From Spirochaetia bacterium (lineage in GTDB: Bacteria > Spirochaetota > Spirochaetia > SZUA-6 > Bin103), in contig CBDATQ010000001.1 of the NCBI GenBank assembly GCA_965199955.1, forward strand, positions 2,240,001 through 2,304,000: a stretch of DNA of 64,000 nt. Direction: 5' to 3'. The position numbers were made by a program, and so were the translations under genes. Positions 52,474 to 62,418 of this stretch are shown piece after piece. Below the pieces are notes generated by a model. It made no database searches and was not told where the DNA came from. It saw nothing but the letters and a program-made list of their open reading frames with translations. Position 1 is the stretch's first letter; every line of letters begins with the position of its first letter.

Positions 52474-52913
52474 TCAGTCCACGCTCGGCACGAACGTGAT
52501 CACTATCCTGGCCAGGTCAGGATCGTCCCTGTCCCTTTCGAGATAGAGCGGACGATCCCGATACTCTGCGAAGAGGCTTTCCCACCTTCCATGCGACGAC
52601 CGGTGACGAACGTTCGTGTCGTAGTGGCAGTCCGGGTTACACCATGCGGTCGGATAGACGTAGCTCCTGTAGGGGTCCTCCGACTCCTCCTCGAAGAAAT
52701 GGATCTCCGTGAACGCCCACACCAGGGTGTTGTTCTGCAGGTGGCCGTCCCATCCGCCGATTGACACGGTCGCGTGGATAGGTGCATGGCTGTCCATTGT
52801 CGGCCAGAGTTGCACGGGAGGGGTACTGAGGCAACGGCCATCGGTCGGTCCGGCGACGGCCCTTCGCCTTCGACGGTGCCGGCTAGTATGGTACGGCCAT
52901 CAACGAACAGCAC
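52474..52913 (-). pseudogene. Hypothetical lower-GC gene fragment
   Basis: Two overlapping ORFs that join by a frameshift near 52815; atypical codon usage. Confidence 0.35.
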
Positions 52914-52922
52914 CCCGCCGAA

Positions 52923-53987
52923 GTGAACACCCTGGATGCCCTGCTGTCCGGGATCGCCGCCGACGCTCCGCTCATCGGCCTGCTCGTCGCCATCGTCGCG
53001 TCGCTGGCGGTGCTCGCGAAGGGCGCCGACATCCTGGTCGATCAGGCGGTGTCGCTGTCGCGGCGCCTGGGCGTTCCGAAGATGCTCATCGGAGCCACCG
53101 TGGTCAGCGTCGGCACCACGTTGCCGGAGGCCGCGGTCAGTGTGCTGGCCGCCGTGCAGGGAGCGCCGGGGCTGGCGCTCGGCAACTCCGTCGGCTCGAT
53201 CATCGCCGACACGGGCCTGATCCTGGGGCTGGCGATCCTGATCGGCCGGGTGCCGACCGAGCGGCGCCTGGTGAGCCGCCAGAGCTGGATCCAGGTCGCA
53301 AGCGCGCTGCTCCTGGTGCTGGTGTGCGTGCCCTACCTGGCGCTGCGCGGCATGTTCACCGACGGCGGCCGCCTGCCGCAGCCCGTGGGCATCCTTTTCC
53401 TTGTGCTGCTCGGCCTGTACCTGTGGCGCTCGATTTCCTGGTCGCGCACCGCACCCGGCGGAGCTTCCGAAGATGCCGCGGACGAGGACGGCGCCGCGGC
53501 GCCAACACCGCTCGGCGCGCTGGCGCTGCTCGCGCTGGGCGTGGTGATGGTCGTGGTAGGCGCGAACGTGCTGATCACGGCGGTCGAGGAGTTGGCGACC
53601 CGCCTGCAGATTCCCGACGCGATCATCGCCGCCACGCTGGTGGCGTTTGGCACGTCACTGCCGGAGCTGGTGACCGCGGTCACGGCCGTGCGCAGAGGAC
53701 ACGGCGAGCTTGCCATCGGCAACGTGCTCGGCGCCGACGTGCTCAATGTGCTGTTCGTGAGCGGCGCCGCCGCCGCGGTGACGACGGGCGGACTGGCCGT
53801 GCCGCCGCAATTCTTCTACCTGTTCTTCCCGTCGATGCTGTTCGTGGTGCTGGTGCTGCGGTTCGGCATCAGCCGCACCGGGACGGGCCAGTTCAGCAAG
53901 GCGTTCGGCTTCGCGCTGCTCGGCGCCTATCTGGTGACCGTCCTGCTAGGCTACGTGGTTCCGGGCGGCGGCAGCTTGCACGGCTGA
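52923..53987 (+). CDS. Na+/Ca2+ antiporter (YrbG/CaCA)
   Basis: alpha-1 GTTLPE..GNSVGS, alpha-2 GTSLPE..GNVLGA. Confidence 0.92.
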   Translation: MNTLDALLSGIAADAPLIGLLVAIVASLAVLAKGADILVDQAVSLSRRLGVPKMLIGATVVSVGTTLPEAAVSVLAAVQGAPGLALGNSVGSIIADTGLILGLAILIGRVPTERRLVSRQSWIQVASALLLVLVCVPYLALRGMFTDGGRLPQPVGILFLVLLGLYLWRSISWSRTAPGGASEDAADEDGAAAPTPLGALALLALGVVMVVVGANVLITAVEELATRLQIPDAIIAATLVAFGTSLPELVTAVTAVRRGHGELAIGNVLGADVLNVLFVSGAAAAVTTGGLAVPPQFFYLFFPSMLFVVLVLRFGISRTGTGQFSKAFGFALLGAYLVTVLLGYVVPGGGSLHG

Positions 53988-54029
53988 TCTCAGAGGCCCC
54001 ACGGAACCCCGAAGGAGTCCGCCCGCACC

Positions 54030-54740
54030 ATGCAGACTCGGCGGTCGCCGGACCAGCGATATCCGTGCGGCACACCAGCCTCGCCGGGACCGGGCCGTCC
54101 CAACATCCTGTGGATAACGACCGATCAGCAGCGCCACGACACGGTGGGCGCGCTCGGGCATGCCCACGCTCACGCTCCGTGCCTGGACCGCCTCGTGCGG
54201 GACGGCTTCGTCCGCTACTGTTCGCGGCCGGACCGGCAGGCAGAGGACGGCAGCTCCTATCACGCCTGGCTGCGAGAGCACGGGCACGACCCTTCGGCGC
54301 TGCTCGGCCGGGCGGCCGACCGGAAGCACGGAATCACCCAGTTTCTGCCGCCGGCGCCCACGGCGGACAATGTGCCGGTCGAGCTGCACCACTCCACGTG
54401 GTGCGCCGAGTCGGCAATCGAGTTCATCCGCCGGCCGCACGCGCGGCCGTGGCTGCTGAACCTCAACATCTTCGATCCCCATCCGCCCTACGATCCGCCG
54501 TGGGAGTACTACCGGCGTTTCGACGCGGATGCTCTGCCCGATCCTCCGTTCAGGCCGACGGACCTCGCCACCCGGCCCGGACTGGCAGGGGTCGAGTTCC
54601 AGAGCGTGGCACGGCATCCGGACGAGGACGGCATCCGCAGCCTGCGCGCCGCCTACCTGGCAACGATCGAGCTGGCCGACGCGCGCTGGAGGAGAGCTTC
54701 GCGTCGACCGTCCTGGGCGGCGATCCGGGCCCGCCCCTGA
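54030..54740 (+). pseudogene. Sulfatase remnant with internal deletions
   Basis: PNILWITTDQQR, FDPHPPYDPP; CxPxR motif and C-terminus missing. Confidence 0.75.
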
Positions 54741-54759
54741 TGGAGGACCCGTGGTCATA

Positions 54760-54918
54760 AGCCCACTGACCTCGCGGACGCCGGAGCTCGGATGCCGGTC
54801 GCTCGGCGTCCTGCACGTCGCCGCGGCCGGCCTGCTCGGCGTCGACCTGTTCGTGACCGGTGACGGCAGGCAGGCGGCCCTGGGAAGAGGCGAGGGCCTG
54901 CCGGTGAGGCTCGTATGA
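54760..54918 (+). pseudogene. PIN-domain (VapC) C-terminal remnant
   Basis: GCRSLGVLHVAAA..FVTGDGRQAAL resembles RSLDxLHxAxA..FVTxD. Confidence 0.55.
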
Positions 54919-54981
54919 CTCCGTCCCGGCGGCAGTATCCATGCCAGTCAGAGCACGTGGCTCCGCCCTGAACACGAACCG

Positions 54982-56466
54982 ATGAAGCGGGTAGTGGTGA
55001 TCGGCGCGGGCTTCGGCGGGCTGGCGGCCGCGGCGCTGCTGGCCAGGGACGGGTTCGACGTGACCGTCCTGGAGCGCAACGGGCAGCCCGGCGGCCGGGC
55101 CATGCTCCATCGCGAAGGCGGCTTCTCGTTCGACATGGGCCCGTCCTGGTACCTGCTGCCGGACGTGTTCGAGCGGTTCTTCGCCCGCTTCGGCAGCGTG
55201 CCGACCGATTACTACGGCCTGACGCGGCTGGATCCGGCCTACCGGGTGTTCTTCGGCGACGGGGCGCCCACCGACGTGTCCGCCGACCTGGAACGCAACC
55301 TGGCGCTGTTCGAGCGCGTCGAACGGGGCGGCGCGGACGCGCTCCGCGGTTACCTGGCGCGCTCGGAGTACCAGTACCGGGTGGCCATGGAACGCTTCGT
55401 GTACCGCGACTATCGCGGCGTGGGGGATGTCCTGGACCGGGAGCTGCTGCTCCACGGCATGCGCCTGCGGCTGTTCGGCCGCATGGACCGGCTGGTGGCG
55501 CGGGCGTTCCGGGACGACCGGCTGCGCAAGCTGTTGACCTACAACCTGGTCTTCCTGGGCTGCTCGCCGAGCCGCGCGCCGGCGCTGTACGCGCTGATGG
55601 CGCACGCCGACTTCAACCTGGGCGTGTGGTATCCGGAGGGCGGCATGAACGGCGTGGCGCGCGGCCTGTACCGCCTGGCGCAACGCCAGGGAGCCCGGTT
55701 CGTCTTCGACTCGCCGGTCACCGGCATCAGGCTCGCCGGGCAGCGGGCAACCGCCGTCGACTCGGCCTCCGGGAGCTACCCCGCGGACGTGGTGCTGGCC
55801 AACGCCGACTACCACCACGTCGAGCAGGCGCTGCTGCCGTCCGCGGCGCGCAGCTACTCCACACGCTACTGGGCCCGTCGCGTGGTGGCGCCGTCGGCGT
55901 GTATCGTCTACCTCGGCTTGGACAGGCGGGTGCCGGCGCTGGCTCACCACAACCTGCTGCTGCAGCACGGGTGGGACGAGCACTTCCGGAGCATCTTCGA
56001 CCGGCCCGCGTGGCCGGTGCGTCCCGCGCTGTACGTCTGCAGGCCGTCGCTGACCGATCCCGCGGTGGCGCCGGAAGGGAGCGAAAACCTGTTCCTGATG
56101 ATGCCGGCGGCGGCCGGGCTGCGGGACGACGACGACGCGCGCGAGCGCTGCCGGCGGCTGATGCTGCTCGCGCTGGAGACGACGATCGGGGAGGGGATCG
56201 AGGACTCGATCCGCGTCTGCCGGCTGTTCACCCACCGCGACTTCACCGCCACCTTCAACGCCTTCCGCGGCACCGCCCTGGGACTGGCGCACACGCTGCG
56301 GCAGACCGCCTTTCTGCGCCCGGCGCTGCAAAGCAGACGGGTCGGCAACCTGTTCTTCGCCGGCCAGTACACGACGCCCGGCATCGGCGTGCCGATGACG
56401 CTGATCGCCTCCACCATCGCGCGCGACCGCATCGTGGCGGCGGCCGCACGGCACAACGATGCCTGA
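54982..56466 (+). CDS. crtI: Phytoene desaturase family protein
   Basis: IGAGFGGLAAA, FDMGPSWY, YPEGGM, GTALGLAHTLRQTA, PGIGVPM. Confidence 0.9.
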   Translation: MKRVVVIGAGFGGLAAAALLARDGFDVTVLERNGQPGGRAMLHREGGFSFDMGPSWYLLPDVFERFFARFGSVPTDYYGLTRLDPAYRVFFGDGAPTDVSADLERNLALFERVERGGADALRGYLARSEYQYRVAMERFVYRDYRGVGDVLDRELLLHGMRLRLFGRMDRLVARAFRDDRLRKLLTYNLVFLGCSPSRAPALYALMAHADFNLGVWYPEGGMNGVARGLYRLAQRQGARFVFDSPVTGIRLAGQRATAVDSASGSYPADVVLANADYHHVEQALLPSAARSYSTRYWARRVVAPSACIVYLGLDRRVPALAHHNLLLQHGWDEHFRSIFDRPAWPVRPALYVCRPSLTDPAVAPEGSENLFLMMPAAAGLRDDDDARERCRRLMLLALETTIGEGIEDSIRVCRLFTHRDFTATFNAFRGTALGLAHTLRQTAFLRPALQSRRVGNLFFAGQYTTPGIGVPMTLIASTIARDRIVAAAARHNDA

Positions 56467-57298
56467 CCGCCGCCTCACCCGCATCTTCCGCCGCGGCAGC
56501 AGGACCTACTTCTTCTCCAGCGTCGCCTTCCCGCAGACGCTGCGCGACGACGTATTCGCGCTCTATGCCTTCGTGCGCACCGCCGACAACTTCGTCGACC
56601 AGCCGCCCGGCCGGCAGGACGCCGCGGGCTTCGACCGCTTCCGGGAGCGTTACGGGTCGGCGGCCGCCGGCAGCGCGGACGGCGACCCCGTCATCGACTC
56701 CTTCGTCGAGCTGGCGGTCCGCAAGCGATTCCGCGACGAGTGGGCGGAGGCGTTCCTGGACGCGATGGCTCAGGATCTGCGCCAGACCGACTACCGGACC
56801 GTCGACGACACCGTGGCCTACATGTACGGAAGCGCGGAGGTGATCGGGCTGATGATGGCGGCCATCATGGAGCTGCCGCAGGAGGCGTACGCACCGGCGC
56901 GGATGCTCGGACGCGCCATGCAGTACATCAACTTCATCCGGGACATCGCCGAGGACCTGGAGCTCGGCCGCACCTACCTGCCGGCCACGGAGCTGGCCGC
57001 CGCCGGACTGCGCAGCCTGGACCCGGAAGAGGCGCACCGCGACGTGCCGGCGTTCCGTCGCTTCGTGCGCGCCGAGATCGACCGCTACCTGGGCTGGCAG
57101 CGAGCCGCCGATGCCAGCTTCCACTTCATCCCGCGCCGTCCGCGGGTGGCGATCCGCACCGCGTCCGACATGTACCGCTGGACCGCGGATCGCATCCGCG
57201 AGGACCCGCTGGTGGTGTACCGGCGCAAGGTCCGGCCGTCGGCGGCCCGCATCCTGGCGACCATCGCCGCGAGTGCGTTGGGCAGCGGGCGTCGATAG
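56459..57298 (+). CDS. crtB: Phytoene synthase
   Basis: LYAFVRTADNFVD, YMYGSAEVIG, QYINFIRDIAED. Confidence 0.9.
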   Translation: MPDRRLTRIFRRGSRTYFFSSVAFPQTLRDDVFALYAFVRTADNFVDQPPGRQDAAGFDRFRERYGSAAAGSADGDPVIDSFVELAVRKRFRDEWAEAFLDAMAQDLRQTDYRTVDDTVAYMYGSAEVIGLMMAAIMELPQEAYAPARMLGRAMQYINFIRDIAEDLELGRTYLPATELAAAGLRSLDPEEAHRDVPAFRRFVRAEIDRYLGWQRAADASFHFIPRRPRVAIRTASDMYRWTADRIREDPLVVYRRKVRPSAARILATIAASALGSGRR

Positions 57299-57345
57299 AC
57301 ACGTTGCCGGCGACAGAGAAACGGCCGACATTCCCGGTAGAACCT

Positions 57346-58416
57346 ATGTACATCAAGGAAGGTAGTCCCGCCCGAACGACGACACCTGCTCCGGCATACC
57401 GGGCGTTGGCCGCGGGCGTCCTGTTCAGCGTCGCCTACACGGCCGTCATCTGGCTGCTCGCGGGCCGGCTGGCCGACATCCCGCACGCCGAGGACGCCGG
57501 CGCGTCATGGTACTACTGGAAGCTCATCGACCCCACGCTGGCCAGCAGATTGACCGCCTGGGGGTTTTACCTGTTGCACCAGGTAGCGTTCTGGGCGGTG
57601 ATCTTCTACGCCCAGCGCACGATCGGGCGCGGCACGCCGCGCTACAGCGGCTCCCTGCGCCTGGCCAACGGTTTGGCCCTGGGGGTCAACGGCTTCTTCA
57701 TCGCCCTGCGCGTGGTTCAGACGCACCTCTGGTACGACGGCCTTGCGCAGGACGTCTCCATCTGGAGCTCGCTGGGATCGGTCGCGCTCATGCTGGTCTG
57801 GGTGCTGCTGATGGAGAACCCGCGGCGCGGCCTGTTCTTCGGGAAGACGATCGGCTTCCCCAAGCGGGTCATCTCCGTGGCGCGGCGCTACCACGGCTAC
57901 TACTTCGCCTGGGCCACCGTCTACACGCTCTGGTACCACCCGACGGAGGCCACCAGCGGCCACCTCATCGGCTTCCTGTACATGTTCCTGCTGCTGCTGC
58001 AGGGCAGCCTGTTCTTCACCCGCGCGCACTTGAACCGGTGGTGGACGCTGTTCCTTGAGGTGTCGGTGCTGGCGCACGGGACGCTGGTGGCGATCATGCA
58101 GGGCGAGGGCATGTGGCCGATGTTCGCCTTCGGCTTCGGCGGGATCTTCGTGATCACTCAGATGCACGGGCTCCGCTGGCCACGCTGGGTGCGTGGGCTG
58201 GTGCTGGCCGCCTACGTCGCGGGCGTCCTGGCCGTGTACGGCGCGTTGGGCTGGGAACGGCTCGCCGAGGTGGTACGCATCCCGTTCATCGACTACGCGG
58301 CGGTGTTCGCGCTGGCCGGCCTGATCGGCGGCGTGCTGGGCGTGATCCGTCTGATCCGGCCCACGGCGGGAGAGGGCACGACCGCGGTTCCGAGCCGCGA
58401 GCGGCAGAGTGCCTGA
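57346..58416 (+). CDS. Uncharacterised polytopic membrane protein, aromatic- and His-rich
   Basis: About 10 hydrophobic segments; WYYWKL, THLWYDGLAQD, YHGY, WYHP; start uncertain. Confidence 0.8.
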   Translation: MYIKEGSPARTTTPAPAYRALAAGVLFSVAYTAVIWLLAGRLADIPHAEDAGASWYYWKLIDPTLASRLTAWGFYLLHQVAFWAVIFYAQRTIGRGTPRYSGSLRLANGLALGVNGFFIALRVVQTHLWYDGLAQDVSIWSSLGSVALMLVWVLLMENPRRGLFFGKTIGFPKRVISVARRYHGYYFAWATVYTLWYHPTEATSGHLIGFLYMFLLLLQGSLFFTRAHLNRWWTLFLEVSVLAHGTLVAIMQGEGMWPMFAFGFGGIFVITQMHGLRWPRWVRGLVLAAYVAGVLAVYGALGWERLAEVVRIPFIDYAAVFALAGLIGGVLGVIRLIRPTAGEGTTAVPSRERQSA

Positions 58417-58477
58417 TGCACACGGTGCCTGAGGCAGCACACTGCCTGATGGGCACCTCCCGCTGACGGATGCCGAT

Positions 58478-58822
58478 TGGAGGTGGCGGGAATCGAACCC
58501 GCGTCCTGAAAGGCACCGCGCAGGCTTCTACAGGTTTGTCCGGCGCTTCATTGTCGATGTGGACGTGAGGCCGCCGGCGGCCGCGTCCCATCCAATCCAG
58601 CTGTAGTGTTCCCGACGGCCCGCGGGCCTGCCGTCAGGTGAGCCCTGATTTGCAACAGGGTGGCGGTCGCTCAGAGCTGCGCTCCCGAAACCCCGTGGCT
58701 GCTACTTTAGGCAGCCAGTGCCAGGTTGTTGTTGGCAGTTAAAAAAGGTGCCATGTTTTAGGAGAATGGCTCTCCACCTGCAACCTGCGAGACGTTCTTC
58801 CAGTCGAGCCCTGTTCACCCCC
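58478..58822 (-). ncRNA. ssrA: tmRNA, tag peptide ANNNLALAA
   Basis: 5' GGGGGTGAA..CTCGAC, 3' GGTTCGATTCCCGCCACCTCCA with G3:U, tag ORF gccaacaacaacctggcactggctgcctaa, downstream of smpB. Confidence 0.95.
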
Positions 58823-58857
58823 GTGGAGGCTGTTCACCCCCGTCGTGCGCCGCTTCG

Positions 58858-59322
58858 TCACCGGCGAGTTCGCAGCGCCCGCTGCGCCTCGCGCTCGTCG
58901 TCCCGGCGCCGTATGTCTTGGCGCTTGTCCACGTCGCGCTTGCCCCGGCACAGGGCCAGCTCGACCTTGACCAAGCCACGCACAGTATAGAAGCGCAGCG
59001 GGACCAGGGTCAATCCACGTTCGGACACGCGCCGGCGGAGAGCGATGATCTCCTTCTTGTGGGCGAGCAGCCGGCGCGGACGATCCGGCTCGTGGTTGTA
59101 GCGGTTGCCGTGCTCGTAGTGCGAGATGTGCAGTCCATGCAGCCACAGCTCGCCGTTCTCCACGCGCCCGTGCGCGTCCGCGAAGGCGAACCGCCCGGCG
59201 CGCATCGACTTGACCTCGGTGCCGGAAAGGACCACGCCCACCTCCAGCCGCTCGACAGGTTGGTACCGGTGCAATGCACGCCGGTTGGTCGCCAGCGTGC
59301 GCGGGCCGGCCTGCTCAGCCAT
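58858..59322 (-). CDS. smpB: SsrA-binding protein
   Basis: NRRA, LSGTEVKS, RRLLAHKKEI, GKRDVDKR. Confidence 0.96.
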   Translation of the reverse strand: MAEQAGPRTLATNRRALHRYQPVERLEVGVVLSGTEVKSMRAGRFAFADAHGRVENGELWLHGLHISHYEHGNRYNHEPDRPRRLLAHKKEIIALRRRVSERGLTLVPLRFYTVRGLVKVELALCRGKRDVDKRQDIRRRDDEREAQRALRTRR

Positions 59323-61000
59323 CGGGCGCTTCCGGCAGGGCGATGACGACCCGAAACCCCAGGTACGGGGTCGCCCACGCCGGCTCCTGCGCTCCGCGCG
59401 AGTAGACGCGGATCAGGTCACGCTCGCTCGCCCAGGAGCCGCCGCGTACGACCCGCTCGGCGCCGGCGCGCGGCTGTCCGGCGAACGGCTGCACCGGATC
59501 GTCCCCCGTCCATAGCAGATAGGAGGCCGGCGCGTACCACGTGGCCGTCCACTCCCAGACATTGCCGAGCAGGTCGCGAACTCCGTAGCCGTTCGGCTCG
59601 GACACCGGGGCGGGGCCGGGCCCGTGGACCTGCGTGCCACCGACCCGGGTCCGCGCGAGCCGCGCGCCGCCCGTGCCCGAGCCGTTGGGATAGGGCTGGC
59701 CCGACAGGCCTCCCCGCGCCGCCCACTCCCACTCGGTTTCGGTGGGCAGGCGCACGATCATGTCGCCGTACGGCCAGGCGCCATCCGACGAAACGCGCGC
59801 GGCGAGCCAGGCAGCGAACGCGGCCGCAGCATGGTGGGACACGTGCGTGACCGGTTGATCGAGGGTTCCGGGCGCCGGAATTCCGTCGGACCACGATGCC
59901 AGATAGGTCGGTTCGGCCAGCCCTTCTCTCACCAGCCCGGAGGCAGCCTGCGGCGACCAGCGCGGCACGTCGGCCACGAACCGTACGAACTGACGGTTGG
60001 TGATCTCGGTCTCCGCCATCAGGAACGGCGCGACCGCGCGCAGGTGCGGCTGATGATCGTGCGCGGCGTCCGCGCGCACGCCGCGGTCCACGTCATCCCC
60101 CATGAGCAGCGTCCCGCCGGGGATCGGCCGGAAGCGTATGCCGCCGATCGTCACGGCGTCCTGCGACGCCGCCGGATCGGGGGAAAGGTGGGAGGCAACG
60201 GCACGCCGGTAGCGCTCACCACGCTCGTGGTACCAGCGCTGCGACGCCACACGCGGCCTGAGATCACTCGGAACGGCGGCGGCGAGCCACAGCGGCAGGC
60301 CCGTATAGTCGCGATCCAGTTGCAACAACCGGTCGAACAGGCCGCGAGCGGCCTGTGGCGTCACCGGCCCGCCGCCGGCGGCGGTGGTTGCCGCGGCGCG
60401 CACCAGCGCACCGAGCGCCTGACGGCGGTCCACGAACGGCACGACGTCCCGCAGAAATGCGTATTGAGCGGACGGTTCGGCTCGCGCCAGGGCGCGTCCC
60501 GCGTCCTCGATGATTCCGGTCACGTGCAATGCGCCGCCGAACTCCGCGACGCTTCGACGCGCCACGCCGGCCGCGTCCACCAGCTCCAGGTCGGCGTGAG
60601 CGGACGCGCGGTTGCGAACGATCAACGTGCCGATGACTCGCGGCGCCACGTCGACCTGCAGCCGTGCCGCGGCGAATCCAGCGCGCGTGAGCTCCAGGTC
60701 GTGCATCCCCGGACCGGCCTTCACCGACAGCGGCGTGGTGCCCACGAACCGGCCGTCCAACCACACGGTCACGTTCGGCGGAGTGGCGGTGACCGCGATA
60801 CGGCCGCCGGGAGCGCGCAGTCCGGGATACGCCAGCACCAGGAACAGCGCCAGCAGCAGGATCAGCGCGTAGATGCCGGTGAGGTACGTGCCGGGCGACA
60901 TCCCCAGGAGCCGGCGCAGGCGGACCTGGGATGCGCGTTCGAGGTCCGCGGCCTCGGGCGCTGCGGCGCGCGCGGCCGGCGGCCGCCGGTCTCGTTTCAT
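59315..61000 (-). CDS. PEGA + FGE-sulfatase (SUMF1) domain membrane-anchored protein
   Basis: TM anchor, VWLDGRFVGTTP, PTETEWEWAARG, GNVWEW, VRGGSW, LGFR. Confidence 0.88.
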   Translation of the reverse strand: MKRDRRPPAARAAAPEAADLERASQVRLRRLLGMSPGTYLTGIYALILLLALFLVLAYPGLRAPGGRIAVTATPPNVTVWLDGRFVGTTPLSVKAGPGMHDLELTRAGFAAARLQVDVAPRVIGTLIVRNRASAHADLELVDAAGVARRSVAEFGGALHVTGIIEDAGRALARAEPSAQYAFLRDVVPFVDRRQALGALVRAAATTAAGGGPVTPQAARGLFDRLLQLDRDYTGLPLWLAAAVPSDLRPRVASQRWYHERGERYRRAVASHLSPDPAASQDAVTIGGIRFRPIPGGTLLMGDDVDRGVRADAAHDHQPHLRAVAPFLMAETEITNRQFVRFVADVPRWSPQAASGLVREGLAEPTYLASWSDGIPAPGTLDQPVTHVSHHAAAAFAAWLAARVSSDGAWPYGDMIVRLPTETEWEWAARGGLSGQPYPNGSGTGGARLARTRVGGTQVHGPGPAPVSEPNGYGVRDLLGNVWEWTATWYAPASYLLWTGDDPVQPFAGQPRAGAERVVRGGSWASERDLIRVYSRGAQEPAWATPYLGFRVVIALPEAPDG

Positions 61001-61244
61001 CGTGACTCCGGGCGAACGCCGGGCAGGGCGCGATGATCTTCCGGGATACGCGATCTGCGGTACGGAACCGCCCTCATGGGCCACCGTGCGGTTCTTGTGA
61101 CGTTCACCATCGAGCGGAATGCGCCCTCAGCATGGTGCGGCGCCGCTCGCGGTGTCAAAGCACGTTGTCGGACGCGGCTTGCCCGCTCTACCGACGGCAA
61201 GTAGGCTCGCCGCCGTGGCCGCTGCACAGGCTCGCTCCGGACGC

Positions 61245-62237
61245 ATGGGCTCCGGGTGGCAGACATGGAGCGCGGCGCTGCAGCGCGGCACCGAGCGGCT
61301 GCTCACCGGCCGCCGCCGCAGGAAACTGCGCCGCCGGGAGCGTCATCGCCGCCGCAATCCCGTGGTCGACTGGCTGGACGCGATCGGCTCGGCGGTGCTC
61401 ATCGTCCTGGTCATCAACCAGTTCCTGTTTCAGGCCTACAAGATCCCCTCGCAGTCGATGCGCCCCACCCTGGAGATCAGCGACCGCATCTTCGTGAACA
61501 AGCTCGTCTACGGACCCGAGCTGGTGCCGGGGCAGGTCAAGCTTCCCGGCCCCCGGCGCCCCGGGCGCGGCGAGGTGATCATCTTCGAGAATCCCACCTA
61601 CGAGCCGATCGGGCCGCTCAAGGACATCTTGAAGCGCATCATCTACATGCTGACGCTGTCGATGGTCGACATCGACCGCGACCAGTACGGCAACGCCAAG
61701 CCTCACATCCTCATCAAGCGCGCGGTCGGCGTGGGCGGGGACCGCATCCGCCTGCGCCGGGGCGAGGTGCAGGTGCTGCTTCCGGGAGCCGACGGATGGA
61801 GCGACGAAGCGACGTTGCAGGCTGCGTTCGGACTCGACTACACGACGCGGCGCAGCCCGATCCTGATCGACTACGACATCCTGCAGGCCGGCGTGACGAC
61901 AGAGACCAGGCTTGAGGGGGGGTTGCCCCTGACCGAGCAGGAGCGCGTCGACCTGAACCGCTGGAAGCGACGCGACGGGATGGCGGACCCGGTGTTCAGG
62001 GACCAGTGGCGGCTGCGCACGAAGGTGGAGATGGACCCGACCGACCGCAATTCCGCCCGGCAGTGGCAACTCCGGGAGCGGGGCTGGGTGGTGCCGTCCG
62101 GCACGGTGTTTCCGCTCGGCGACAATCGGGACGAGTCGAGGGACGGCCGCTACTTCGGACCGGTGACGCTCCGGCGGGTGCTCGGCAAGGCGATGTTCCA
62201 CTACTGGCCGCCGACCCGCTGGGCGGCGATCCGTTAG
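61245..62237 (+). CDS. lepB: Signal peptidase I
   Basis: IPSQSMRPTL, IKRAVG, GDNRDESRDGRYFG. Confidence 0.92.
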   Translation: MGSGWQTWSAALQRGTERLLTGRRRRKLRRRERHRRRNPVVDWLDAIGSAVLIVLVINQFLFQAYKIPSQSMRPTLEISDRIFVNKLVYGPELVPGQVKLPGPRRPGRGEVIIFENPTYEPIGPLKDILKRIIYMLTLSMVDIDRDQYGNAKPHILIKRAVGVGGDRIRLRRGEVQVLLPGADGWSDEATLQAAFGLDYTTRRSPILIDYDILQAGVTTETRLEGGLPLTEQERVDLNRWKRRDGMADPVFRDQWRLRTKVEMDPTDRNSARQWQLRERGWVVPSGTVFPLGDNRDESRDGRYFGPVTLRRVLGKAMFHYWPPTRWAAIR

Positions 62238-62285
62238 GAGTCTGTCAGATGTGGCGCGTCAGCGGCATATCCGACGGAGTCCGTA

Positions 62286-62337
62286 GCGGAAGGTGGGGAT
62301 GGGCCAATAGCGGAGCCGGAGGCGACGATATTGGGGC
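62286..62337 (-). repeat. Dispersed intergenic repeat, copy B
   Basis: Reverse complement aligns to 30834-30892. Confidence 0.65.
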
Positions 62338-62418
62338 GGTAGCTCGGCCATCGTCTGCAAGCACAGTCCGATTTGACCGGTATCGGCTCCGATTGGTAGC
62401 CTTGGCTCCGGGCAGGGG

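Noticed and set aside
57346..58416. Rhodopsin or Blh next to crt genes
   Set aside because: No helix-7 retinal-binding Lys motif, too many TM segments for an opsin, and no recognisable Blh motifs.
59315..59480. FGE-sulfatase/C-type lectin C-terminus as a DGR variable region
   Set aside because: No template-repeat copy or reverse transcriptase in the window; the gene sits in a housekeeping context with smpB.
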